Below are positions 36,616 to 45,383 of a stretch of 64,000 bases of DNA, piece by piece; position 1 is the stretch's first letter; the number at the start of each line of letters is the position of its first letter. Below the pieces are notes generated by a model, which worked only from the letters and a program-made list of their open reading frames with translations, was not told where the DNA came from and did no database searches. The DNA is from Phycisphaerales bacterium. Lineage in GTDB: Bacteria > Planctomycetota > Phycisphaerae > Phycisphaerales > UBA1924. A program made the position numbers and the translations under genes. The DNA lies in NCBI GenBank assembly GCA_045106075.1, contig JBGCEB010000014.1, positions 25,842-89,841 of the forward strand, in the 5' to 3' direction.

Positions 36616-38217
36616 TTACTCGTAGAGGTTGGTGGCCTCGGTCTCGATGACCGGGCTGGTGAGGTTGTCCGAAGTCATGCTGATGCCGAAGCGGACATCG
36701 CCCTGGGCATCGGCCTTGACAACGACGCGCCATGCAGCCTGCTGGCCAACGCCAAGCACACCGACGGGAGCGAAGGTCAGGGTCCGGCCGGCCGACGAGA
36801 TGTTCGTCGCACCGGTTGCCGAGATGAACGACAACTGAGCAGGCAAGGTGGCAACAACGCGGACGTTGTTGTCAGGCGCCGAGCCCTGGTTCGTCACGGT
36901 GATGACATAGGTGGTGTTGGTGCCGACTTCGACCGGGTCGGTCACGTCGATCACTTCGAGCAGGATCGCAGGAATACCACGCAGTTCGGTCGAGCAGCGA
37001 TCGGCAACGGTGTCCGCACAGGCGGAGTTGACGGTGGCGCTGGTCTCGTAGTCACGAGCGCCCGAGCCGCTCAAGGTCACGCTGAACTCACGGGACTGAC
37101 CGGCAGCGACGGAACCGAAGTTCCAGACAACGCGGTTACCCTGAACGTTGCCGCCTGCGGAGGTGCGGACGACGGTGGCGCCGGCCGGGACGGTGATCGA
37201 AGCAACAGTGTCAGTCGCAGCGCCATTGCCCGAGTTACGGACGGTGTAGCTGTGAGTGAAGTTACGACCAATGTACTTGCTGTCGGTGCCGCATTCCGAG
37301 GAGATCTCGAGCATGGGAGCGGTGACAACAGTGTTGGGGCAGTCGGCGGTCGCACGCAGACCACCGGAAGCGGCAGCAGCGGCGGGCGAGCAGAAGGTAC
37401 CCGTGCGGGTTGCTTCAGCACACACTTCGAAAGCCTTGGACTCGCCGGCGGCAAGGGTGCCCACGGGGATGCGGACTTCACGCGAACCGTTCGAAAGCAC
37501 GAGGCCTTCGGGGAGGGTGTCGGTGATGGTCACGTCAGTCGCTGCGCCGGTACCGCTGTTCTTGACAACGTAACGCATGCAGATCTGGTCACACTTCGAA
37601 GCCGTGGCGGGCGCGGTCTTGGTCAGTGCCAAGGCGGGCTCGACGACGGTCGTCGTGGCGCAGAGGAAGTTGTTGTACGAAACGGTGATGCACTCGGAAG
37701 CGGTGCCCACGTTGGCGGCCGAACCGGTCACTTCGATGACCTGGGTCTCGCCGGCAGCGAGGTCGCCGATCATCCATGCCATGCCGTCGCCCGTGCGGCT
37801 GCCCGCGGGGTTGGAGCTCTTGACATCGAGGTTGTTCGAGCTGTCGAGCATGACCATGACGTTCTGCAGATCGCTGCTGGTCAGGTTGGTCACGTGGTAC
37901 GAGTAGCCGAAGTCCGAGCCACGACGGACCTGCTTAGGCATGACCTGGTGAAGCAGGATGGCGCTGGTGGACACTTCACCCGTGGGGAAGGCCATCATCG
38001 AGGCAGCTTCGTTGGCGCCCAGACGGGGATTGTAATGACCCCAGACGTTGGCGCTCTTGGGCTCCTCTTTCTTCGTGGTGGTTGCGGCAGGGGCGGGCTG
38101 ATCAGCCGTGCTCGCGCCGGACGTGGTGGTCTGCTGTTGCGAGCAGCCGACAAGCGACGTCCCGGCGAGCAAACCGGCAGCCAACAGGCCCGCCAAGTTC
38201 TTAAAACGAGTGTTCAT
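36616..38217 (-). CDS. DUF11 ('conserved repeat domain') surface lipoprotein
   Basis: Lipoprotein signal MNTRFKNLAGLLAAGLLAGTSLVGC. Repeated about 110-aa Ig-like units with ...Y.Y.VTN.G...A..V.V.D.LP.G... patterns (YHVTNLTSSDLQNV, YVVKNSGTGAATDVTITDTLPEGL, YTVRNSGNGAATD, YVITVTNQGSAPDNNVRVVATLP). Confidence 0.75.
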   Translation of the reverse strand: MNTRFKNLAGLLAAGLLAGTSLVGCSQQQTTTSGASTADQPAPAATTTKKEEPKSANVWGHYNPRLGANEAASMMAFPTGEVSTSAILLHQVMPKQVRRGSDFGYSYHVTNLTSSDLQNVMVMLDSSNNLDVKSSNPAGSRTGDGMAWMIGDLAAGETQVIEVTGSAANVGTASECITVSYNNFLCATTTVVEPALALTKTAPATASKCDQICMRYVVKNSGTGAATDVTITDTLPEGLVLSNGSREVRIPVGTLAAGESKAFEVCAEATRTGTFCSPAAAAASGGLRATADCPNTVVTAPMLEISSECGTDSKYIGRNFTHSYTVRNSGNGAATDTVASITVPAGATVVRTSAGGNVQGNRVVWNFGSVAAGQSREFSVTLSGSGARDYETSATVNSACADTVADRCSTELRGIPAILLEVIDVTDPVEVGTNTTYVITVTNQGSAPDNNVRVVATLPAQLSFISATGATNISSAGRTLTFAPVGVLGVGQQAAWRVVVKADAQGDVRFGISMTSDNLTSPVIETEATNLYE

Positions 38218-38393
38218 AAATTCTCCAGTCTCCGATTGATGACAAGTCTCTTCGTGGTCTAACCCCACGACAGGGCGCGAGAGCGGGAATTGTATCGTCG
38301 ATAATTGCTCAGGGCCAATAAGTCCCGTATCGAGTGCAGGGATTGTCACCCGATTATGGGAACTCATGCCCCAAACGCGCAGAATTCGCAGCT

Positions 38394-39464
38394 TCAATGG
38401 TCCGAAAAAATCAGCCGAAGGCGATCCATGACCGATTCTTGATCCCGAAGTCGGATATCAACCCTCGGCACGTAAACCGGCATTTCGCCGAAAATCTCCT
38501 GAAAAGTACGGAGTTTAACCCAGTCTTTTGCCGTCACGATCAACCCCTCCGAGCCTGATTCGCGGGCCTTTGCACCAAGAAGCTCGGCACATCTCTGATC
38601 AAAGCTGGCGTGATCCTCCAGAATCATCGACCCGCGGATGTCAACATCCTGCTGCTCAATCGACTTCCGAAACGCTTGAGGATTCCCGATCGCACATGAA
38701 ACGAAGAGCGAACGTCCAGCAAGTGCTTCAACACTCAACTCTTCTGCAGTTTCACCTGATCGATACAAAGAAACAGCACCCCATCGGTGCTCTCCCCGAG
38801 CGACTGGCACGTCTGAACGAAGCGTGTTTCGCAATACACGCTCAGTTTCTCGAACACGATCTTCTCCGCATATATCGGTGCGGGTGAGCACCACAACATC
38901 CGCTCTCTCGAGAGAACCAAGCCCTTCTCGCAGGAAGCCCTCTGGAATCAGACTGTCCTCGTGAGCAGGTCGAGTTGCGTCGACTAACACAATGTCGAGA
39001 TCTCTGGCCAACCGTCGATGTTGAAAACCATCGTCGAGCACAACGACATCGATTTTACGTCCTTCTTCGGTTGCAAAGAGATCAAGCAATCCGTTGATTC
39101 GGTCTGGTCGCGCAACGATCGGAACGCCGGGCATTGACTCCGAATGTTCGGCCTGTTCGTCGGACATCTGGCCCGGTTTGGCTTTGTAGCCACGCATCGC
39201 AATCGCCGGGTGATGCCCCATTCCTTGAAGCTCAGAAACAATCCAATGAACCATCGGGGTCTTGCCTGTGCCTCCAGCCGACAAATTCCCAACCGAAATC
39301 ACCGGGCGGTCGATCCTTTCAACGCCAACTCCCCGATCAAACCGGGCGTTCCTTCGGGCGATCTCCCACCCATAGACACAAGACAGCGGCTTCGTCACCC
39401 AACCCGGAAGTCGGGTCGGCGAACGCCGCGCTCGAACATCGGCTGGGTTACGGGAGTTCGTCAC
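38394..39464 (-). CDS. lpxK: Tetraacyldisaccharide 4'-kinase
   Basis: VISVGNLSAGGTGKTPMVHWI (P-loop signature of LpxK) and VVLDDGFQH. A GTG start at 39464 (GAGGA 8 nt upstream) puts the P-loop about 57 aa from the N-terminus, as in known LpxK. The start could be anywhere in 39437-39521. Confidence 0.85.
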   Translation of the reverse strand: MTNSRNPADVRARRSPTRLPGWVTKPLSCVYGWEIARRNARFDRGVGVERIDRPVISVGNLSAGGTGKTPMVHWIVSELQGMGHHPAIAMRGYKAKPGQMSDEQAEHSESMPGVPIVARPDRINGLLDLFATEEGRKIDVVVLDDGFQHRRLARDLDIVLVDATRPAHEDSLIPEGFLREGLGSLERADVVVLTRTDICGEDRVRETERVLRNTLRSDVPVARGEHRWGAVSLYRSGETAEELSVEALAGRSLFVSCAIGNPQAFRKSIEQQDVDIRGSMILEDHASFDQRCAELLGAKARESGSEGLIVTAKDWVKLRTFQEIFGEMPVYVPRVDIRLRDQESVMDRLRLIFSDH

Positions 39465-39891
39465 GCTCGAAGTCCTCGGCTCGAAGCCCGCGTATCTCGT
39501 TACGAAGTCGACGAGCTTCATACCGATGCACCCGCAGGGTGTTAAAGGCATCAAGCAATCCCAGCAGCACAATCGCAAACAGTAATCCCACCACCGCCAT
39601 CCAAACGATCGCGAAGACTCCCGGCTGAGATGGGCTGGCGATACCAAACGCGTACGCGATCAATGGCACCGCGATCATGATGACCCATCCGGTCGCGATC
39701 CGGATCCGCCGACGCGACTCGGGCAATGCTCCGCGGGGCGCTTCACGGAGGACGATGATGTGCGCCGCAGTCGCAAGCATCGCGATGACCGCCAATGGCA
39801 ACACGACCCACCACGGCGCGATTGACCCCGACGAAGCACCGAGGACAAAGGGGGGGAGGCCTCCCGACAAAATGTTGAGTTCAGTCATCAT
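39448..39891 (-). CDS. Hypothetical integral membrane protein (4 TM)
   Basis: 147 aa with four hydrophobic helices and a charged C-terminal tail RRLRNEIRGLRAEDFERDELP. The stop overlaps the likely lpxK start. Confidence 0.55.
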   Translation of the reverse strand: MMTELNILSGGLPPFVLGASSGSIAPWWVVLPLAVIAMLATAAHIIVLREAPRGALPESRRRIRIATGWVIMIAVPLIAYAFGIASPSQPGVFAIVWMAVVGLLFAIVLLGLLDAFNTLRVHRYEARRLRNEIRGLRAEDFERDELP

Positions 39892-39944
39892 GGGGTCGTG
39901 CCGCCGAGACGATCCTACCGCCCCCCCTCCTACACTGCCGTCCC

Positions 39945-41354
39945 ATGATCGATCTCAAGGCTCTCCGCGAAAATCCGGCCCGTTTCATCGAAGGCGCTCG
40001 CAAAAAGGGCGTCGAGGTCGACATCGACCGCTTGGTTGCGCTGGACGCCGAGCGCCGCGACCTGATGACCCAGCAAGAAGCCCTCCGATCCGAGCAAAAG
40101 CGGCTCTCAAAGGAAACTGGCCCAAAGCTTGGCAAGCTGATGGGACAGATGAAGTCGGCTAAAGGCGATGCCAAAGCCGCCCTCGAAACCGAAGTCGCGA
40201 ATATTAAGGCAGCCCCGACCAAGCTCAAAGACCAGATCGCATCCTTCGACGACCGCATTGCCGCCATCGAGCCCGAAATCATCGACCTTCATCTCCGCAT
40301 CCCCCAGCCCGCCGACGAAGACGTCCCAGTCGGCACATCCGCTGATGACAACATCGAGCTTCGAACTTGGGCACCCGAGGGCTGGGATTTCGGGAAAACG
40401 TTCGAACAAAATAAGGGCTTCAAGCCCCGCGGGCACATGGAACTGTGCGAGATGCACGGGCTCGTCGATTTTCCCCGCGGTGTGAAGCTGGCCGGATCTC
40501 GCTCGTACATCCTCACCGGCAACGGCATGCGCCTCCACCAGGCGATCTTGCGTTACGCGATCGACACCATGTCGAACAAGAACGGGTTCACGCAAATGTC
40601 CGTTCCGGTGCTTGTCCGCGAGGAAGCCATGATCGGCACGGGGTTCTTCCCGGGCGGCCGCGATCAGGCTTACCACATCGAAGAAACCAGCCGAGGCGGG
40701 GGAAACGACATGTTCCTCACCGGCACCGGCGAAGTCGGGCTCATGGGCCTGCATCAAGACGAGATCCTCGCCGAAACAGACCTACCCAAAAAATACGTCA
40801 CAGTATCGACCTGCTTTCGGCGTGAAGCGGGAGCTGCCGGCAAAGACACTGCGGGGCTCTACAGAATCCACCAGTTCGACAAAGTTGAGCAGGTCATCAT
40901 CGATGTCGCTGATGAGCAGAAGTCCCGCGACCATCACCGGGCGATGCTCGGGTATGTCGAAGACCTCCTGCAAACACTGGAGCTCCCCTACCGCTTGCTC
41001 CAGTGCTGCACCGGTGATCTGGGCGTGAAGAACGCTGACATGATCGATGTAGAATGCTGGATGCCCGCGCGGGGCGAACTCGATGCCGACGGAACACCGG
41101 CCGGCGACTTCGGCGAGACACATTCCGCCAGCCGGCTCTACGACTTCCAGTGCCGCCGACTCAACATGCGATACCGCCAAGGCGGCGAGTCGGGCAAAGG
41201 CACGACCGCGTTCGCTTACTCACTCAACAACACGGTGGCTGCCTCGCCAAGAATCCTGATTCCGTTGCTCGAGATGCACCAGAACGCAGACGGCTCGATT
41301 ACCATCCCCGAACCGCTCCGCCCCTACATGAACGGGCTCTCGAAGATCGGATAG
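39945..41354 (+). CDS. serS: Seryl-tRNA synthetase
   Basis: MIDLKALRENPARFIEGARKKG... (coiled-coil arm). Class II motifs ...FRREAGAAGKDTAGLYRIHQFDKVE... and ...SLNNTVAASPRILIPLLE. Confidence 0.9.
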   Translation: MIDLKALRENPARFIEGARKKGVEVDIDRLVALDAERRDLMTQQEALRSEQKRLSKETGPKLGKLMGQMKSAKGDAKAALETEVANIKAAPTKLKDQIASFDDRIAAIEPEIIDLHLRIPQPADEDVPVGTSADDNIELRTWAPEGWDFGKTFEQNKGFKPRGHMELCEMHGLVDFPRGVKLAGSRSYILTGNGMRLHQAILRYAIDTMSNKNGFTQMSVPVLVREEAMIGTGFFPGGRDQAYHIEETSRGGGNDMFLTGTGEVGLMGLHQDEILAETDLPKKYVTVSTCFRREAGAAGKDTAGLYRIHQFDKVEQVIIDVADEQKSRDHHRAMLGYVEDLLQTLELPYRLLQCCTGDLGVKNADMIDVECWMPARGELDADGTPAGDFGETHSASRLYDFQCRRLNMRYRQGGESGKGTTAFAYSLNNTVAASPRILIPLLEMHQNADGSITIPEPLRPYMNGLSKIG

Positions 41355-41403
41355 CATCTGTCACTGACAGTTTGATCCTCAGTTTCCATGGAAGGAAGAC
41401 GAG

Positions 41404-42948
41404 ATGCGTGCGATGAACCGACGTGATGCCTGCCGGGTGATCGCCGCCGCCCCGCTTCTCGGCACCTCGCTGACCGCGTGCGGAGCATCCAACGCGTCTC
41501 GCCGAGCAATCTACTCGCCCTCCATGCCGCCCCGAGAGTTTCGTGGCGTCTGGGTCGCCACGGTCGATAACATCGATTGGCCGAGTCAGCCCGGGCTTTC
41601 GACTCTGGTGCAGAAGCAAGAGATTGATCGCATCCTCGATGAATGCCTCCGGCTGGAACTCAACGCGATTTTCCTGCAAGTCCGACCGACCTGCGACGCG
41701 CTCTACAAATCCGACAACGAACCGTGGTCTGCCTTCCTGACCGGCTCACAAGGCACCGCGCCAAATCCGCAGTATGACCCCCTCGAATACTGGGTCCGCG
41801 GCGCTCACAACCGAGGGATCGATATCCATGCATGGGTCAATCCGTTCCGCGCGCGACACCCAAAGAGCGTGGGCCCCGATTCGCCGAGTCATGTTGTCAA
41901 TCGGCACCCGGATATCACCCGCGATTACCGCGGGCACCTCTGGCTAGACCCTGGAGCCCCAAAGTCACGTGAACTCGCGATGGGTGTGATCGCCGATCTG
42001 CTAAACCGATATGACATCGATGGCATCCACATGGATGACTACTTCTATCCCTACCCCGACAAAGACAAACCGTTCCCCGATGATGCGACCTTCGCCGACT
42101 ACAAGCAAAACGGCGGCACATTGCTCCGTGACGACTGGCGACGAGACAATATCAATCAGTTTGTGCGTGAAGTCAATGAGCTTGTTCATCGTGCCAACCC
42201 GGGGCGACTTTTTACCATCAGCCCGTTTGGTATCTGGCGGCCTGGACATCCAAAGCAGGTCGTCGGATTCGACGCCTATGCCGGTCTCTACGCCGACGCG
42301 AAACACTGGATGCAGCAGGGATGGTGCGACGCCATGATCCCGCAGCTCTATTGGAAAATTGAATCGAAGGGTCAGCCGTTTGAGCCGCTTTTGGACTGGT
42401 GGACCGAACAGAACACCCGTGATCGCCACCTCTGGGCGGGGATTTATCTCACGCGGATCAAACCAGACAACGAAACGGGTTCATCAAGCTGGGACTCACG
42501 AGACATCATTGATCAAATTGAGCTGGTACAACGCAAGAGTCGCGAACCGGGATTTGCATTGTTTAGCATGGTCGGGATGCTCGAAAACCGACGCGGCATC
42601 GCAGACCAACTCGCAGCCGGACCGATGTCGGGCCCAGCTTTGGTACCTGAGAGCCCATGGCTCAATGCACCTCAACCCGGCACTCCAAGGGGTTCAGTCG
42701 AGCAAGTCGGTGCCGGCTATCGGCTCACACTCGAACCCGCAGCCGGGCCAGTTCCAACCCGCAGGTATGTCGCAGGATTTGAGCAAGTCGCAGGCAAAGG
42801 CAGTCCGGGCTGGGTCATCCCCGCCGGTCCAGGACGGATTCAGACCAATATCATCCCGACCGGCCAACCAAATCGCAACAACGTGCTTTCTGTCGTCGCG
42901 ATCGGGCCCAACGGAATCGCCGGTGGCGAACTTCGGTTTCAGATGTGA
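41404..42948 (+). CDS. Glycoside-hydrolase-like family 10 protein (GHL10/YngK/DUF187-type), secreted
   Basis: Signal/lipobox-like N-terminus (LLGTSLTAC). EFRGVWVATVDNIDWPS, LNAIFLQVRPTCDALY, IDIHAWVNPFR, IDGIHMDDYFYPY are GHL10 TIM-barrel signatures. Confidence 0.75.
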   Translation: MRAMNRRDACRVIAAAPLLGTSLTACGASNASRRAIYSPSMPPREFRGVWVATVDNIDWPSQPGLSTLVQKQEIDRILDECLRLELNAIFLQVRPTCDALYKSDNEPWSAFLTGSQGTAPNPQYDPLEYWVRGAHNRGIDIHAWVNPFRARHPKSVGPDSPSHVVNRHPDITRDYRGHLWLDPGAPKSRELAMGVIADLLNRYDIDGIHMDDYFYPYPDKDKPFPDDATFADYKQNGGTLLRDDWRRDNINQFVREVNELVHRANPGRLFTISPFGIWRPGHPKQVVGFDAYAGLYADAKHWMQQGWCDAMIPQLYWKIESKGQPFEPLLDWWTEQNTRDRHLWAGIYLTRIKPDNETGSSSWDSRDIIDQIELVQRKSREPGFALFSMVGMLENRRGIADQLAAGPMSGPALVPESPWLNAPQPGTPRGSVEQVGAGYRLTLEPAAGPVPTRRYVAGFEQVAGKGSPGWVIPAGPGRIQTNIIPTGQPNRNNVLSVVAIGPNGIAGGELRFQM

Positions 42949-43396
42949 TCTCCAAAGTGAACAGCGGTTGATTTAGATCCTGACCGAGATCCAAATCGTA
43001 ATAAAACAACTTATTTCCTACTACGATAGTTGACAATCTGTCGAACTGTGCGATGATCTCGACCCGAATCTTTAACCTCCGGAGCCATTGCGTGAACACC
43101 TTGCATCCATCCAGCAAAGATACCATGACCCGCGGTACGGCCGTGGCTTGGTCGCTGCCGATGCCAGTGTTGATGGCGAGCGAAAATCGCTCCCAACGCT
43201 TCGCGCTCATTGGATTCGACCGGGCCGGCTGATCTCCGCAGCCTCCCAAAGTCATCCAGTCATTCTCCAGTCCAATCATCGAAATAGCCTCGGGATTTCC
43301 GTGCGCACCGCGTGCGTCGAGAAGAATCCAAGTCCGGCCATCCGTAGATAGTTCCCCGCTGGCAACGATCGTTGCCAGCCATGAATCGGTGCGCAA
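42851..43396 (-). CDS. Hypothetical protein (uncertain ORF in the A/T-richer islet)
   Basis: 181-aa ORF with coding-like codon usage in its first ~130 codons. The last ~33 codons run antisense into the GHL10 gene. No motif recognised, and the start is uncertain (internal Met candidates). Confidence 0.3.
   Translation of the reverse strand: MRTDSWLATIVASGELSTDGRTWILLDARGAHGNPEAISMIGLENDWMTLGGCGDQPARSNPMSAKRWERFSLAINTGIGSDQATAVPRVMVSLLDGCKVFTQWLRRLKIRVEIIAQFDRLSTIVVGNKLFYYDLDLGQDLNQPLFTLEITSETEVRHRRFRWARSRRQKARCCDLVGRSG
43358..43379. promoter_or_regulatory. Perfect 22-nt palindrome; candidate operator
   Basis: gctggcaacgatcgttgccagc is self-complementary over all 22 nt. It lies 44-65 nt upstream of ATG 43423. 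Confidence 0.35.
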
Positions 43397-43422
43397 TCAA
43401 TGCACCAGCAGAGAAGTGAGTC

Positions 43423-43881
43423 ATGCCCAAAGATCTAAAAATCAAGGATGTTTCAGCTAAATCCAGAAAACAGGACCAGACACTGGCCCGCCCCCTCGCG
43501 CCCGAAGATATCCGGGCTGGCATCTACGTCATGGTCCTCAAGCAAAAGCATGAGTTCGCTCGGTGGAGTAACGAGTTCGGCGGCGGAATCGCTGTCTCAC
43601 GCCTCGACACATCGCCCAGCGACGGCCAGCAACCCTCGCAAGTCATTTCGACCTGCTTGCCCTTCGTGGTTGTCGAGACAAGCAAGGGCAATCCGTATTG
43701 CTTCGACATTCGGACCGTGCAACTCGCTCGGGTCGGCGCTTCATTCGCACGCGACTTTAGCGCCATCGGAGCGAAGCGAGATAGTTCAAAGAAAGTGAGT
43801 TCAAAACGAAGAGAATCGAAAAAAGAGAAACACAATAAACGCAAGAAATCGGATCGTAGAAAGAAACGTCGCAAGCGATAG
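43423..43881 (+). CDS. Hypothetical protein with extremely basic Lys/Arg tail
   Basis: 152 aa. A globular N-terminal ~115 aa is followed by KKVSSKRRESKKEKHNKRKKSDRRKKRRKR. No family recognised. Confidence 0.5.
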   Translation: MPKDLKIKDVSAKSRKQDQTLARPLAPEDIRAGIYVMVLKQKHEFARWSNEFGGGIAVSRLDTSPSDGQQPSQVISTCLPFVVVETSKGNPYCFDIRTVQLARVGASFARDFSAIGAKRDSSKKVSSKRRESKKEKHNKRKKSDRRKKRRKR

Positions 43882-43949
43882 TTGCGTTTCGTTTTGGCGC
43901 ATCCCAATCCCTTGGAACGCCGCCTCGCTCCGAGGGGTATTCTCATGGC

Positions 43950-44513
43950 ATGTCCACCACCGTCGCACAGCTTGAGATGCCGCAAGATTGCCCAATCGGA
44001 CCAATCACCGCCGGCGTGACCGACGCGGGCGTTTGTATGTTGACCTTTCGATCTCTCGAAGACGCACAAGATCTGATCGAGGATGCCAGCAAACGGACGA
44101 AAACAGCAGCAGTTCACGGTGAACATCCAGTCCTTGACCAGCTGCAGGCAGAGCTTTCGGCGTTTTTCGACGGTGCCCTCACCCAGTTCACGGTGCCGAT
44201 CGATGCACCCGGGACAACATGGGAATCCCGCGTGTGGAACGCGCTACGCGAGATCCCTTTCGGAACCACAACGTCCTACGGCGAGATCGCCCGCAAGCTG
44301 AACAATCCCGGAGGCTCAAGGGCTGTCGGTTTAGCGAATGGTCGAAACCGGGTCGCGATCCTGATCCCGTGCCACCGGGTCATTGCTTCGGACGGGTCGC
44401 TTCACGGCTATGCAAGCGGGCTCGAACGCAAGAAATGGCTGCTCGAGCACGAGCAAGCCGTGGCCGGGGTCGAAACTGGATTGTTTGGTTCGTGTGAAAG
44501 AACCCCCTCCTAA
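43950..44513 (+). CDS. ogt: Methylated-DNA--protein-cysteine methyltransferase
   Basis: IPFGTTTSYGEIARKLNNPGGSRAVGLANGRNRVAILIPCHRVIASDGSLHGY contains the PCHRV active site. Confidence 0.9.
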   Translation: MSTTVAQLEMPQDCPIGPITAGVTDAGVCMLTFRSLEDAQDLIEDASKRTKTAAVHGEHPVLDQLQAELSAFFDGALTQFTVPIDAPGTTWESRVWNALREIPFGTTTSYGEIARKLNNPGGSRAVGLANGRNRVAILIPCHRVIASDGSLHGYASGLERKKWLLEHEQAVAGVETGLFGSCERTPS

Positions 44514-44532
44514 GCCCTGCAGAGGGTTTTTT
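44512..44532 (+). terminator. Rho-independent terminator after ogt
   Basis: aagccct-gcag-agggttt followed by a further ttt. Confidence 0.55.
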
Positions 44533-44676
44533 GAGAGAAGCACCCGATAAACCCCCAGATTTACTGGCACAAACCCGAATCTCGTGGCCCATTACCCCCG
44601 GAGAAGTGGCACTTCTGCGTTTTTGTGAGCGCCGAAGGTGCCGATGGATTCGTTCCACCGGAGAGGACAACACGCC

Positions 44677-45327
44677 ATGCGTGAACAGACCAGATTCTTT
44701 GCCATCCTCGGATTGGCCGCCGTTACGGGAACCGCCCTTGCCGGCAACCCCACCCTCATTCTCGATGACTTCGACAGCGAGCCAAATGATGACGCGGGCG
44801 GCCCGCGTGTGGTCTCATTGATGGAGATCGCCAACCCGTTTGGCCAAATCGGCAACTTTGAGGTCGACACCATGCTCGACATCGGTTCGGACGAAGGCGC
44901 TGCGGTCTTCAATTCCGGCATCGGCGTTCAACAGCAAGGCGACATCCTCTGGGACAACGACGGCGCCGGTCTTTCGCTCGACGCGGTCGCGTTGGGCCTG
45001 ATTGGATTCGAACTCGACTTCGCGTTGATCGATCTCGACTTCTCGTATGAGATCGCCCTCACCGATGGTGCCGGCGACTCGATCGGAGCATCGGGCACAT
45101 GGGTAGCTGGCGGCGAACGCACCGAGTCCATCACGCTCGGTGATTTCACCGAGTCGGCGCTCTTCGATGCAACCGACGTGGATGCTGTCAGCATCTCATT
45201 CAACATCGAGGGTGATACTGCTTCACTTGACTTCATTCTCACAGAGTTCCGCGCGGTCGTCCCGACCCCTGGCTCGTTCTTGATGCTCGGCCTGGGTGGC
45301 TTGCTCTGCGTCCGCCGTCGCCGGTGA
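44677..45327 (+). CDS. PEP-CTERM (VPTPGS-type) secreted protein, paralogue A
   Basis: Signal peptide MREQTRFFAILGLAAVTGTALA. Conserved GNPTLILDDFDSEPNDDAGGPR. C-terminus EFRAVVPTPGSFLMLGLGGLLCVRRRR. Confidence 0.85.
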   Translation: MREQTRFFAILGLAAVTGTALAGNPTLILDDFDSEPNDDAGGPRVVSLMEIANPFGQIGNFEVDTMLDIGSDEGAAVFNSGIGVQQQGDILWDNDGAGLSLDAVALGLIGFELDFALIDLDFSYEIALTDGAGDSIGASGTWVAGGERTESITLGDFTESALFDATDVDAVSISFNIEGDTASLDFILTEFRAVVPTPGSFLMLGLGGLLCVRRRR

Positions 45328-45383
45328 GCAGACTTGCGATCCGAGCCCCTTCTGAAATGAACACTAACCACGAGAAGGTCCCT

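Noticed and set aside
37252-38262. 336-aa plus-strand ORF inside the DUF11 gene
   Set aside because: It is antisense to the repeat-bearing lipoprotein gene. G/R/A-rich nonsense-like translation.
44565-44612. Two TGGCAC hexamers (44565-44570, 44607-44612) upstream of PEP-CTERM paralogue A, as possible sigma-54 -24 elements
   Set aside because: Neither has a GC dinucleotide at the required spacing (GG to GC = 12 nt in TGGCAC-N5-TTGC). The nearest TGC is 2-3 nt too close. No sigma-54 activator (PrsR-like) is in the window. Left as a note only.
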